Source: a virus (lineage: Duplodnaviria > Caudoviricetes). Taken from it: a stretch of DNA of 45,794 nucleotides. The notes below the pieces were generated by a model. It saw only the letters and a list, made by a program, of their open reading frames with translations. It was not told the origin of the DNA and ran no database searches. Below, one piece after another: positions 11,701-21,600 of the stretch. Location: positions 1 to 45,794 of IMG/VR virus record IMGVR_UViG_3300020379_000013. One strand, given 5' to 3'. The position numbers were made by a program, and so were the translations under genes. Positions within the stretch are counted from its first letter, which is position 1. Each line of letters opens with the position of its first letter.

Positions 11701-12951
11701 AAATTCTCCAGTTCCCTTTCCAGTAATGAATACATATGTGCCATCGTTACTCGCAACTACACCACGTGCAACTGCTTTCTTATAAGTGACGTTACCAGAT
11801 GTTGTGCCAGATGCAGAACTATCTGTATATGTAAAACTATTATTATCTACCTTTGTAATCTGATAGAAGTTATCAGTTCCTGCACCACTAATATGATCTG
11901 CATAGATGTAGTCATTAGTTGATAAACCATGTGCAGTTCTTGTCAGTGTGATTGTAGCACTAGATCTTGCATAAGTTCCTGACTGAAAACTATTCTCTAA
12001 CTGGTATGTGACCTCTGATGTAGAGAATGTTCCTGATGTTCCACCTAATTTTAATCTTGTTTGACCTGTGCCAGATCTACCAGTAGCACCTTGGATACCT
12101 TGTATACCGATAGATGCAAAATAGTTGAAGCAATTCAACCACTCTACACGCATACCATTAGTGACCTTTACACCAACCTGATTAGGTGTAATGAATGTGC
12201 ACTCATTAAACAACACAGAACCGTGTTGTGATGCAGATGCTAAGTTTGCACCATCTAATTTAGCACCACGTCCTGCATCTCCTTGTGCATATCCATAAGG
12301 ATCAGATCCAGATACTACACTACCTTTTGTTAATACTGTTATTCTTTCTAGATATGGACTTTGTGTAGAGTCCATGTTTGATACTACAACAAATGCATAT
12401 CCTTCATCAGCACCACTGTTGTAGAAAAAATCTTTGATTGTTAAGTCGGAAACATGACAGTCTCCAGATAATATAAATGCGTTATTATCGTTAGTTCCGC
12501 TTGTTGGTTTTACAGATGTTGATCTTAAATTAGTTCCACGCAATGTTACACCGTCACCAACGGTCATTGGGAATGCCTCTTGGTATTCGCCAGGTGCAAC
12601 GATGACTGTATCACCAGATGTAGCAACTGATAATGCCTTTGTTATAGTAAGGAATGGTGTGTCTGGGTGTTTACCATTACCACCACCATTGGCAAGATTA
12701 TCATTATTAGAACCTACTGTAGCAACATAGAAAGTATTCCCCTGACCATTCGTTATGTCAGTGGAAAGCATGGTAGTAACCACCTCACCCGTATTGGGTT
12801 TCTGGTTTGCCACCTCTATTATATTCGATCCGTTTCTAGCGTATAATTTTTTATCCGCTATATTAAGAGCGACCTCACCATCTTCTAGGTTAGAAGTCGT
12901 CGGGACTGCTGCTGCTGTCGTCGATCTCTTTAGCTTGATTCTCGTTGCCAT
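5704..12951 (-). CDS. Large tail fibre/virion structural protein (2415 aa): Mtd-N-like head, beta-helix-like region, LamG/ConA-like lectin domain, Gly-rich GSGY repeats, cupredoxin-like motif
   Basis: N-terminus MATRIKLKRS..P...L.DGE.A.N..D.KLY is typical of fibre attachment domains. FYVAT.GS...G...PFLTI.KAL and VAPGEYQE are beta-helix entry motifs. FCLEAFIRP...HVAVARSGGTTKLFLDG...GHIDEVRVSK is LamG-like. Confidence 0.85.
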   Translation of the reverse strand: MATRIKLKRSTTAAAVPTTSNLEDGEVALNIADKKLYARNGSNIIEVANQKPNTGEVVTTMLSTDITNGQGNTFYVATVGSNNDNLANGGGNGKHPDTPFLTITKALSVATSGDTVIVAPGEYQEAFPMTVGDGVTLRGTNLRSTSVKPTSGTNDNNAFILSGDCHVSDLTIKDFFYNSGADEGYAFVVVSNMDSTQSPYLERITVLTKGSVVSGSDPYGYAQGDAGRGAKLDGANLASASQHGSVLFNECTFITPNQVGVKVTNGMRVEWLNCFNYFASIGIQGIQGATGRSGTGQTRLKLGGTSGTFSTSEVTYQLENSFQSGTYARSSATITLTRTAHGLSTNDYIYADHISGAGTDNFYQITKVDNNSFTYTDSSASGTTSGNVTYKKAVARGVVASNDGTYVFITGKGTGEFVTVNKSAKVTSRFGDSQLDTAQKKFGTASILLDGTEDNVKVATDEDFGFGSANFCLEAFIRPGSVTGTQRIFDLRDNSATDTAPTMYLDGTTLHYAVGNTSQINGGTLATNTFYHVAVARSGGTTKLFLDGTELGTYTDANDYGSTKPLIIGSDYQASPTQAFNGHIDEVRVSKASARFTAGFTPTTTEYGSDINTVLLLHANGTDASTTFTDVSGGTSDIRSNGGDTATSVITADYSQFGAEMRSVASACVYGQKGVQADGSGVKLILTAHNFGYVGSGQDFTNDPSLAIQNNEVEELNSGRVLYSSTDQDGDFRVGDAFSVDQETGNVSFAATSTAQSAANITLSDSTGTTNIFPAFIETGNLRIAGNSITSTTGQVIVDPSGEEDFVVNAETIVKEAVYFDVNKSISFGSNVQGALKIAGFGGSTVFGSSEAANFSTRSFVVLKNGLGTVNLTGEGSGYTGGAQPVEVTTNPFQIATATCTLTTTGALKEITLSNRGNLYTIAPTVSFTGGGEVSAGTATATLGQAGVLQSITIQAGGSGYAGPTGTVAAPQQNQFQADASYTDANSVSQPVVSTANNTIYIPNHSFETGMEMTFDATTLDAAAVAPTGLTTATTYYAIRVDKDLLKVATSLSNANNGTAQGLSAVGSGQMFFQGRTATVNVSQTGGVVDGFTITDAGSGYQNSPIITITDSGAGTGCVVATDLSFSVDSIVVGGGGEYTSNPSVTLTNVQGDTTGQNAAANATIGFSIDTVTLTGQGLGYRNLPSVVPSTGDATQDAQFVAVLNEQEGRISSLSVTDVGLGYTSAPTLTFTGGGGIGGTLQADIQSLTGNITASGSGYTAGTYNNIAFTGGSPSVTATADFVIPGFTGTITSGGSGYTNGTYTLSFRNTPTATYTVTVVQRDRLSISSVTGTFAVGNTVTGSVSGATGTITYVASDNSFLYLSGVSGTFQDAQTDTVTNGAGASAVLDTLQGGVNRYVIDTSGSAEEAPSFTLLDNNTYRFDTSDASNANHPLVITPVVGIATRQYRTAGTAGSYFEVVVGSASSNSTSTTYTCSVHGIQMSEDSTITIAAGALGDAGDQMTGTIVISGGSVTSVTVVTQGTNYALGDVLLIDADDLGVSSGGSGFQYTLNANTTGITAVNNISLTGSGYNVGDVLSVDDSTVGGGGGSGFQYTITKVGFCTAVTVTSGGSAFEASDTLILGDVGGAGVAQGSGLTVTIGSISSVKQLEMNQEGILTLGQAGQSQLILNPDGGIGAASYTIASSGNATFTGVQGTVATFTGVFSAQSTSGFTGLATFNGGLTTVGATTLVQTTAKLADGTAAAPTLAFDNSTQTGLFRQGADSIGISVAGVEKFRLDANGFDTPTLQVDGTVGNTDPFFKVDPSANSVVIGPATNQLSLDNTNTLKSLGSNIDIPLNFETKGGGDFVFKGGTDKAFNITDGTSNVVSVDTATGTALFSGNLDAGKLRIRQNVIQNNSTGAVRAFGEVVAVTITGSGSGYTNGTYTATATSSTGGGTGLTLTITVSGGDFSAATIVDKGQNYAVGDTVTVAAVGGGSGRSITISDIDGQGVVLKPSTGSSVLVDSTGSLVIPSGTTNQRPNVLDRVTGAIRFNSTQLQFEGFNGNDFVSLGGVRDVDQDTYILTESAPAADEDTFEFYNAGFNSLSIDKDRFTLKTTRIIDVNGVLNINGTIIGQDTVDFKASDASIAKVRSQKDLEITGGLRLRNVGVRGTIASIGTITSSSGAYTASQTYSGTSSTSTIEGTGATFDVVIDGSGNVSSISIANGGTNYEVDETIIINGGDLGGTSPANDVSFKVASLSSTTPALARMDVLQQDYVTQLDSKPFLDLDANGSEAGFKINRGWNGGTTDYLTIFDSTATFVELDDCRVEGGQLSSFPSSASIVAFDKTAFKGAKTLVTIESDDGKVHMLEVTVVCAAAGTTAHATVTNSVTSDNNLVDASISVVGSNVTISLNKSSAATSSSNFTGRFTTTKVKV

Positions 12952-13096
12952 CTAGAGCATTCTCAGATTGTTGGTCAGTATTCATACTATTTAACTGAGT
13001 TTGTAAATCTTGGATTTGTGCCTCCATCATTACATTTATCAGTGTCAATTCAGAAATTTTCTTTTGTAGTATAGAAATAACAATTTTTGCGTCCAT
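12890..13096 (-). CDS. Small coiled-coil protein (68 aa), possible fibre chaperone
   Basis: Heptad pattern LQKKISELTLINVMMEAQIQDLQTQL; lies between two fibre genes; its C-terminus overlaps the start of the 2415-aa gene. Confidence 0.6.
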   Translation of the reverse strand: MDAKIVISILQKKISELTLINVMMEAQIQDLQTQLNSMNTDQQSENALDGNENQAKEIDDSSSSPDDF

Positions 13097-13110
13097 AATT
13101 CAAATAAGTT

Positions 13111-14796
13111 TTAGAACGTTCCCCCGTCGATAGTGTCAGTCCATACAGGAACGCCTCCTGCAGTTACCGTCAATACTTGGAAAGATGTTGTTGCATCAGA
13201 TCCTGTGCCAGGTGATGCCATGTTTGCCTCTGCAGTTACCTGTAAAGGACTTGTTCCTGCACCATAGACAATACCATTTGAGGTAAATGTCCCTACTCCA
13301 GTTCCACCATACTGAACCTCAAGGTCAGTATCAAGTTCTAAATCACCTAGTAATACGGTTCCACGGTTACCTGTGACACCGAATACAGTGTTTGTATCTG
13401 TTGCATCTTCAATGAATGTCCATGCACCTAATCCATCAGCACCACCTGTGCGGTCATAACCGAAGAATCCAAACTTGTTAGTTCCAGAAGCATTGTAGTG
13501 AACCTTAACACCACGATCTAATTGATCATCAGCACCACTCACAGTAACAAGAACAGAGTCATCTGCCATTGTTTGTGAAAGGTTATTACTTAAAGTAAGT
13601 GTTTTTGTTCCTACGTTAATAGCAGAAATTGTTGTGTTACTAGGAATACCAGTTACTGAGGAGGTAACTGTGTCACCAACTTGTAATTGATCTACAACAT
13701 CCACAACAACTTGGTTTTGTCCACCAGCTGCAGATGCAGTCAGTGTGACAGGAGTTGTTGGATCTCCTAATTCAATTGTAGGATCGTTAACTGACATTGA
13801 AGCAGAGTTCACTGTAGTTGTGGTTCCATCAATCTGGAGGTCACCTTTAATAATAACAAGACCACCCGCATCAGTTGTAGGGTCAGGGTCAAGTATTAAT
13901 TCTGTAACAGAGTTGATAGTTGTAATTGAGTTACCATCTAATTTAAGATTGTCAATCTCAATAGAACCAGTCTGTTGTGTATTACCAGAAATGTTTGTTT
14001 GACCATTAAAGGTTACACCATTCTGGAATGTGGTTGTTGAGTTAACTGTAAGTGAGTCACCAGCTGCAGTTCCGATTGTTGCATTGTCGTCAACTTGTAG
14101 ATCTTTGATCCATGCTGTTGCTGCAACACCGATACCACCTGCAAATGTAACACCCGCAGTTGCTACGTTAGAAGCATCTGTGGTATTTGCAAAGTTTACC
14201 TTACTTGTTGATGTGGTTCCGACTTCAATGTCTGCACCATCAATCTTTAGTTTATCACTTGTTGTCTCGTCATATACTATAGAAGCATCTTTGTTATTAC
14301 CAAAGATTAGTTTCATATCGTCAGCGATACGCAAGTCGGGAGTTCCCGCGACACGCTTGACGTCTAAAACTGCATCTGAGTCATTAAATGAGAGTTCTAT
14401 GTCTCCTGTAGTTCCAAACTCTACTTCCTGTCCATCTTCAACTACAATCTTACCTGTGCCATTTGCACGAAGAATAAGATCAGCGTCTGTTGTAGAAGTT
14501 GTGATTACGTTAGCATTTAACTCAATGTCATCTACTAACCATTGGTCTATCTTCGAGTTACTATCTACAATAACTGAAGAACTACCTGTAAGTGTGCCAT
14601 GCACATGATCCAGTAGATCTGTAAAGTATCTACCACCTACAATCTGTGCAGCACCATTGTTATCTCCAACAAATAGTCTGTCACCCGCATTTGCTTGCGT
14701 TCCATTTGCACCAGTAGTAACGGCTAACTCACCGAACGTAATAGTGCCAGGTGCTGTAGAACCTGTGCTCCTTTTTATCAGGATATTCGATGCCAT
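13111..14796 (-). CDS. Tail fibre-like virion structural protein (561 aa)
   Basis: N-terminus MASNILIKRSTGSTAP...FGELA is related to that of the 2415-aa protein; beta-spiral-like IxGDLxIxGTTT segments; C-terminal IDGGTF. Confidence 0.8.
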   Translation of the reverse strand: MASNILIKRSTGSTAPGTITFGELAVTTGANGTQANAGDRLFVGDNNGAAQIVGGRYFTDLLDHVHGTLTGSSSVIVDSNSKIDQWLVDDIELNANVITTSTTDADLILRANGTGKIVVEDGQEVEFGTTGDIELSFNDSDAVLDVKRVAGTPDLRIADDMKLIFGNNKDASIVYDETTSDKLKIDGADIEVGTTSTSKVNFANTTDASNVATAGVTFAGGIGVAATAWIKDLQVDDNATIGTAAGDSLTVNSTTTFQNGVTFNGQTNISGNTQQTGSIEIDNLKLDGNSITTINSVTELILDPDPTTDAGGLVIIKGDLQIDGTTTTVNSASMSVNDPTIELGDPTTPVTLTASAAGGQNQVVVDVVDQLQVGDTVTSSVTGIPSNTTISAINVGTKTLTLSNNLSQTMADDSVLVTVSGADDQLDRGVKVHYNASGTNKFGFFGYDRTGGADGLGAWTFIEDATDTNTVFGVTGNRGTVLLGDLELDTDLEVQYGGTGVGTFTSNGIVYGAGTSPLQVTAEANMASPGTGSDATTSFQVLTVTAGGVPVWTDTIDGGTF

Positions 14797-15017
14797 TAGA
14801 AGCTACCCCCATTAATTGTTATGTCGTTTAATACGTTTGTAGCGATGAATCTTGTGCTTGTCGCGTCATACACGAGCACTGATCCGTTTGCTAGTCCACC
14901 TTGTGATGTGTCTGTCAAATCTACGTCTGACATTCCGCCAATCGTGCCACCGCCACCACCTGTAGCGACACGTGTGACTCTTGGAACTGATTGGTCTCCA
15001 AATCTTAGTCTTGCCAT
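14796..15017 (-). CDS. Small structural/hypothetical protein (73 aa)
   Basis: Stop/start overlap (TAATG) with the next gene; DVD...NGSVLVYD..T.RF repeat-like motif; ends INGGSF, like the neighbour's IDGGTF. Confidence 0.7.
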   Translation of the reverse strand: MARLRFGDQSVPRVTRVATGGGGGTIGGMSDVDLTDTSQGGLANGSVLVYDATSTRFIATNVLNDITINGGSF

Positions 15018-15356
15018 TTAAAGTGTTACTCCCTCAAGAACGCTTACCGATCCTTCTAACACTCTGGACTTAATGCCAGATCCAGAAGTTATTACAACGT
15101 CGTATACAAACCGTCCACTCTTCATAGCAGCGGTCTGTGAATTAGTCAAAGATAGTTGAACTCTTCCGCTTGTAGCAGGAGATAAAACTGCAGCAGTTAC
15201 TGTTTGTGAAGTGCTACTTGTGTAGTGCTTTTTAATCAAACACGCTGCCGAATATCCAGTCAGGTCAAAATCCGTTCCGTTATCATTTTCGACTGTAAAG
15301 TCAATGATAAAGTCAGAACCCTGATATATTATTAAGTTGGATACAGCACTTGCCAT
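15018..15356 (-). CDS. Conserved phage Ig/BppU-N-like baseplate-associated protein (112 aa)
   Basis: I.QG.DF...DLTGY...G.V.LSLT..QT.....GR.VYDV.......RVLEG pattern, common in T4-like cyanophage structural regions. Confidence 0.7.
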   Translation of the reverse strand: MASAVSNLIIYQGSDFIIDFTVENDNGTDFDLTGYSAACLIKKHYTSSTSQTVTAAVLSPATSGRVQLSLTNSQTAAMKSGRFVYDVVITSGSGIKSRVLEGSVSVLEGVTL

Positions 15357-15378
15357 TCTTTAAAGAATTCCCATATAA

Positions 15379-15400
15379 TATTTAGCTTAACTTTATTTAT
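15379..15400 (-). promoter_or_regulatory. Late promoter variants ATAAATA (15394-15400) and CTAAATA (15379-15385)
   Basis: TAAATA cores immediately upstream of the 112-aa gene. Confidence 0.55.
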
Positions 15401-15614
15401 CCTTCTTCTCCACTAGGGTTGTCAGAAGTGCCTTAACCTCATCTAGTTCTTTTCTGAGGTCTTCTAATGTTTTATCTTTTTTCTTTGCAAGTTCTCTCGC
15501 CTTGATATATGCATCATACTGCGAAGTGTCAGTATTAAGTATTGCATTAGACGTAGGATCCCTGCCAAGAGTCGTATGACCCTCAACAGGGAGTAGTTCA
15601 ATTGGTTCTTCCAT
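15393..15614 (-). CDS. Hypothetical protein (73 aa) with C-terminal coiled coil
   Basis: Coupled to the upstream gene (TAATG); PVEGH..L.RD..S.AILN motif; helical C-terminus. Confidence 0.7.
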   Translation of the reverse strand: MEEPIELLPVEGHTTLGRDPTSNAILNTDTSQYDAYIKARELAKKKDKTLEDLRKELDEVKALLTTLVEKKDK

Positions 15615-18600
15615 TATGCTAGAGCGATTCCTCTGAAATCTTTGACTCTTGGTATATATGGTTGTGCATGATTGAGTAAACTTATCTTGATCTGGAAACC
15701 TTCAAATGCCTCTACATCCTCAACTGTGTATTCATAGTCTGTAAATGTCTCTAGGTCATTGTTAGGAACTAATTCACCTGAGTCTGGAATACCTGTTGTG
15801 TTAAAGAACTCAAATGGTAATTCATCTAGGTTGTCACTATAACCAGCTGGTATCAATTTATACATCACTCTAATCTTAGAGTCACTCCAAACGTTTGCTG
15901 CGAGCATTACTTTCAATCCAGAAGCACTCTTCTCTAGTCGTGCAACCTTAGTAATGTAGTTAGCAGCACATTCTCCACCGACATTTACTGATGGTTCTAT
16001 GTTGTTAATTACGTTTCCTGTTGTAATAGCGTCACATCTAGTCAAGTCAATGACAGGAGATAGGTGTGATACTTCAGAATCAAGATTTAATTCAAGTGTC
16101 AATGACTTAACACTATTCATTCTGTTGATCTCATTGATCTGGTTTGCAACTATCTTTGTAGCAGGGAAGTAATTCTCCTCACCGAGAGATATTTCTTGGA
16201 AGTCACTGTCCTTAATAAATGATGTCTCTGCTGTAACGTTAGCAGGGAAAGGTCCGCAAGATGTTCCACTGGTTCCTTGAACTCTAGCAATGATGCTAGT
16301 GCGAGGTTCTACCTGACTCTGTATCTGTGGAGATAAGACATCCCATGGAACGTTTTGTGATGCAACGATGTTTGCTCCACCACCTTGTATACCAGTTCCT
16401 GCATTTACACCAGATATTTGTAAGTTGTAACTGTGAGGACTATTGATAGAAGTAATACCACTACTATGTGTCTTATTGATCTTAGTAAGAGGTATACCGT
16501 CAAAGTTATAGCATTCTACAATAGCACCAGCTGCATGTATCTTACCAGTTGATGATCCTGATGTTCCAGTATGGTTTCTACCATTTGTTATAAAGTTGAC
16601 AACTTTGTTATTTGTGCCACTAAGTCCAGAGTATGCGATAATCTCATCACCACTACCGTCTTCTTCAGTTCCTAGTATTCTAATGAAACCAGGATTTGAT
16701 GAACTTACTGAACTACCACCTATAGTAGTATGGAAACCATTGTTTTCTGCAATCTCAATAGATGTTCCTGTGCTACTTAACTGTGCTGCAGTTGTGCTGT
16801 TTGCCACCTCAGAGATAACGCCACTCATCTTCAAGTAGTTCAATCCAGATTGCATACCATGATTACTATGGAATACTCTGATTAAGTCACTACCAGATGT
16901 TGTCTTAAGTGCATTTCTTCTTAGATTCAAGAATCCACCATTGCTTTCACCTAACTCACCGTTCTCTAGGATAAGTTTAGATGGTGCTGCTGTTGTCGGT
17001 AATGTAAATTCTGCTCTGTAAATCTTGAACATCAAGTCTTCATACTGAGAAGGAGTCCAAGTAGACGCATTCTGAGACTTGAATAAGACACCGATATATG
17101 GTTGTTCAGATATTTTCTCTCCAACGTGTGCAGCGTCAATAGCATCTTCACCTAGAAGTGAGATGAATACTTTGTATTGGTTGGAATCTGATGTCAATAC
17201 CATTGCACATTCTTTTAGAAGTGGAATGTAGACAGGTGCTTTGAACTCAAATGTGGTTGGTTTAGATGCATCAGCTGATGTAAATACATCTTCTGCATCT
17301 TTAACTACCTTAGAGAATGGTAATACTGTTTGTGTTGGGTTACCGTTTTCTACAGTTCTGATATCTAATGCTACAGGGATTTCTGGATCCTTAGTAAAGA
17401 AGAATATATCAATCTTAGTTAAGAATACACCACCCTCAAGGGTTGAGTCGTCAATCAAGAATGTTTGTGCTAGTGGGTCACACCATCTAGTCTCATCTCT
17501 TGATTCAGATGTAACATTAACTAATGTTCTAGCGTCAAACTGATCCTCAGATGTAACTCTTGCATTTCTTACAGATATAATAGTCTCTTGTGTAGTCTGT
17601 AAGATACCTGATGAACTAAATTCTGCTTCACCACTAGAGTCAGATACACCAACAACTCTACTGTCATTAGATGTATCACTAAGTCTGAACAGTTTTGTTC
17701 CAGTCTTAAACTTAACGTTGCCTTCTACATTAGGTGCATCAATAAAGAATGAACCTCTAAGATTACCTTTCTTGTCTGTAATCAAATCTTTGTTTGATAC
17801 TTTTGCAACTGCACCACTAGTCTCACCAACTAAGTAATCATTGATCTTAGGTGATCCGTAGTAGTTACCTTTGACTTGATCTGCAAGTGACTTAGTATCA
17901 ATATTGATAAAGGTCAAGTTAGAGGTGTAGTCAGTTGTTGTGCTTATGTCAGTGCCATCAATAGGATTGATTGCAATATTTTCGTTAGGAGCTGATACTC
18001 TTGCCTTAAATCTGAATTTACCGTTTCCTTTTTTAACATGAACTGTCTCACCGATTTGGAATGGAATGTTGTTTGTTTGTGCATCAGTGCTTGGATCTTT
18101 TATCACACCCATAATCTTAGGTGTAATTAACTTCTTAGGAACTGCAATGCTGTCAAAGAACGCAAAGAACTTGGTTCTTGGTTTTAGTTTTTGACATGTA
18201 AATGATATATTCCTAGAACGCATAAACTGAATATGCTCTACTGATACAACTTTACTACCCAATGATTGCTGTTCAATCACAGGAGTAACTCTATATCTAA
18301 TACCTGTTCTGCTCTGTTTTGTGGTTGTTGTAGTTGTTGTAGTAATAGTTCTACGACGTTGTGTTCTACCTTTACCACCGCCACCACGCCATGATCCTAC
18401 TGATCTCTGAACATCAGTTCCTGTCCATGTTGTTTTCCATGAGTTCCAATGTATAGGAGAGAAACCATTCTGGTCTGCATTGTATTCTCTGACTGTTGTT
18501 AAGAAGTTACCTTCTACAACAGGACCTTGAATAGGATTGAGTGACTTAGTATCTACCCAGTTATCTGACTCTGGATATAATTCAACGTCACCAGTAAATG

Positions 18601-21600
18601 TAAAGACGTTAAATGGGTTGACATTCTCAACAGCTGATGCATATGGTTGATCTACAAGAACGCTAGATGTATATGGAAGCGTAATTATATCCTCATCATT
18701 TTGTTTTACATTCTGTGATGCTGTGCTGTATTGTAGAGGAACCTGTGTTGTATAGTGTGCAGGACGCATTTGTCCTCTTTCAAAATCTGTAGATACCCTA
18801 TAATCAGGATGTAATGTATCTGCAGTAGAAAGACTTGCAAAGTTATCAACTATGAAACCATTTTTAAATCTGCTAAGACCACTAGCATCTCTAATCTCCA
18901 TATTTGCAGTCTCACTCTCTAGTAGTGACAACTGTGTATAGAATTCAAGTGTCTTAATTCTATCTTCTAATACCTGTATATCTCTGAAGGTATATCTCTT
19001 AAAGTTTGTTTCTACAATACTGATATCTTCTTCAACGTTAAAGACATATGGGACATATGTTATCGTTGCAAGTAACATTGCATCCTCTAGATCTTCTGGA
19101 GGTTGTGGTCTAGTGCTAGGTGCACCTTTCACAATAGAGATAATGCTATTACTGTCTAAGAATAGTTTGTCAACACGAGGTAAGTAATACTGTAAACTTA
19201 AAGTAGTTGTATCACTGATGCCAGGCAATCCTGTCTCGTTATTTGTAAATGCTCTAGATGCTTGGTTAAAGTATCCTGTTGCACTTAGAGTAAACGGTGA
19301 TGCTTGAGATCCACTACCTGATAGTGCCTGTGGAACTATTGGACGGAAATCAATAACATCTCTAAGTTGAGTTCCTTCGTATGATGGAATAATTTTGTAA
19401 TCTGATGCTGCATATGAGTCAACAGTATATGGATTAACACCATTAGATGTAAAGAATCTATCGAATATAATCAATAGTTTATGTGTTGGTGCTGCAACTC
19501 CAGCTTTCCTTACTAATCTAGAATAATCATAGAACTGATCTCTTTGACCATTATCAAGATCAAAGTTATCTGTAACATTTGCAGAACCTAAGTCAATACC
19601 ATTTGATTGAATTTTAAGTGTAGCATTTGGTGCTGTAATAGTCTCACCATCTGTAAACTTATCATCTTCTATTGGAATAAAGTATATCTCATTTCCTGTA
19701 GTAGATACAATTCTTGCTCTTGAACCAGAAGCATCTCCTTGTATAACGTCATCTATTGCTAGTGTTCCTAGTAAGTTTGTATACTGGAAGTGTGGAATGA
19801 CAGGATCACTTGCATTTGTAGATTCAAATACTGCCTTAATTTTAAATACGTCAGCACAACCAAGAGATATAAGATCATCCTCTACTCTAGTTCCATGACC
19901 ATCATTAACTTGTGATAATCCATTTGAACTACCTGTAGAACCAGCTACCTTAAGAACCTTCATTCTCTCTGTAGTTTTTGCCTTACCAGATCTATCTGCA
20001 CTAGAAACTGTTCCAATAACATCAATTGATGTTGCATTGGACATGCCTGTTAGTGATAAAGCATCTACGTTTGCACTAGAACCGTTAAGAGTAAATCCAT
20101 TACCAGATGAGTAAATCTTACCCGCATCTGATCCTGCAGTTACGATTGCAATAAAGTCATCATTGTCTGACCCATTGATCCACTTTAGTCCTGCTCCTGC
20201 AGTAGCAGTTGCATTACCCGCACTAACACTTATACCAGATACAGTTGTTCTAAAACGTCCTGATGGGTTGACTGTGTTGTTATTATTTGTATTTTTTACT
20301 GCTGCATATCCAAGAGGTGTAAGAAGTTGCTTCTTCTCTGCATCTTTTATCTCTGGACGTGTCCTTATAATACCACTAGTCAATGCACCATTAGCTAATG
20401 TAGTAGATCCTAGACGAGTTACATTGAAATTAAAGTTATCAGTAACAGCGGTAACTCTTGCTCTATGAGATGCACCGTTATTTGAGAACTCTACAATGTC
20501 TCCTATTATCAATTGAGACGCAAAGTTAGACAACGTAGAAGTAATAGTTGCAGATCCTGCAGAGTGACCTGATAAAATAGGACCTGAGCCAGGTAATATA
20601 ACCTTAACATCTAATACTGAATCAGCAGTTCCACCACCAGTATTGAAAGAATACTGTTTGACGTCTGCCATGTTGTATCTTTTGATACTAGATATAGTTC
20701 CTATAGTAGCTCCAACTGCATCCTTGACAACCTCGCCAGCTACGAATGTTCCATTTACACCATTGACAAGCAAATCATTACCACTATCTGACACTTCATA
20801 TGCTACTGCACCACTGGTTTGACCTATCATACGGTCACCTGTAGCAGGAGATCCACTAACACTACCTGTCATGGTAAGTTTTTGTATGAAATCTACGTCA
20901 ATAAGATTTGCACGATATACTGTAGATGCATTGCCAGGTGTTAAAGATCCTTCAACATAAGAAAAGTTAGCAACTCTTGCAGTTGCAATTGCATCACCCG
21001 CTGCTGAGCCAGGTGTTGCTGTTGCTTGATCTCTAAATGTAATAGTTTCATATAAACGAGGTGCCTCGTAAATATTTGTCATTAAAACAGAGTTACCAAA
21101 GTCAGAGGTGACTGTTTTGTTCATCTCTGTGTCAAATGATCTTGGTTTCTCTATATCTTTGTATGTTGATGATAACCTTTCTGTTCTATAACCCTGAACA
21201 TAAGCACATCCTGAAGATAATTGTATCGCTACCTTGTCTTCTGATGGTGTGTTACCATCTTGTGTCGTTTCTGTAGATTGATATACACCACCGTTGAATC
21301 CATCATCTAAGTTTTCTTTCGCATCTACCTTGAATTTTTTAACATAGTAGTTACCAGATTCTTCTTTTGTTCTAGTTGCTAATACATCATTGATAAAACC
21401 TAGATCACTACGTTCTACCTTTTTCTCAATCTTACCAGTATTAGTTCTAAGTAACTCTATAAAGTCAGCAGAGTTAGGTGCTGTTAATAACTTCTTAACT
21501 AATGTTAGTGTAATTTTAAACCTATCTGCACCAGGTGCTGAGAAGTTTGTGCTTCCTATAGCATTGTCATATAAACTTGCGTCCTCATCAGCAGTTACGA

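Noticed and set aside
12810-12951. Mtd-like N-terminus suggesting a diversity-generating retroelement
   Set aside because: No reverse transcriptase and no adenine-variant TR/VR repeat pair seen; this N-terminal domain is a generic fibre anchor.
18320-18395. GTT/ACC trinucleotide-like runs encoding GGGGKG..RRR..TTTTTTTT in the VrlC-like gene
   Set aside because: Imperfect in-frame low-complexity coding sequence, not a phase-variable repeat or array.
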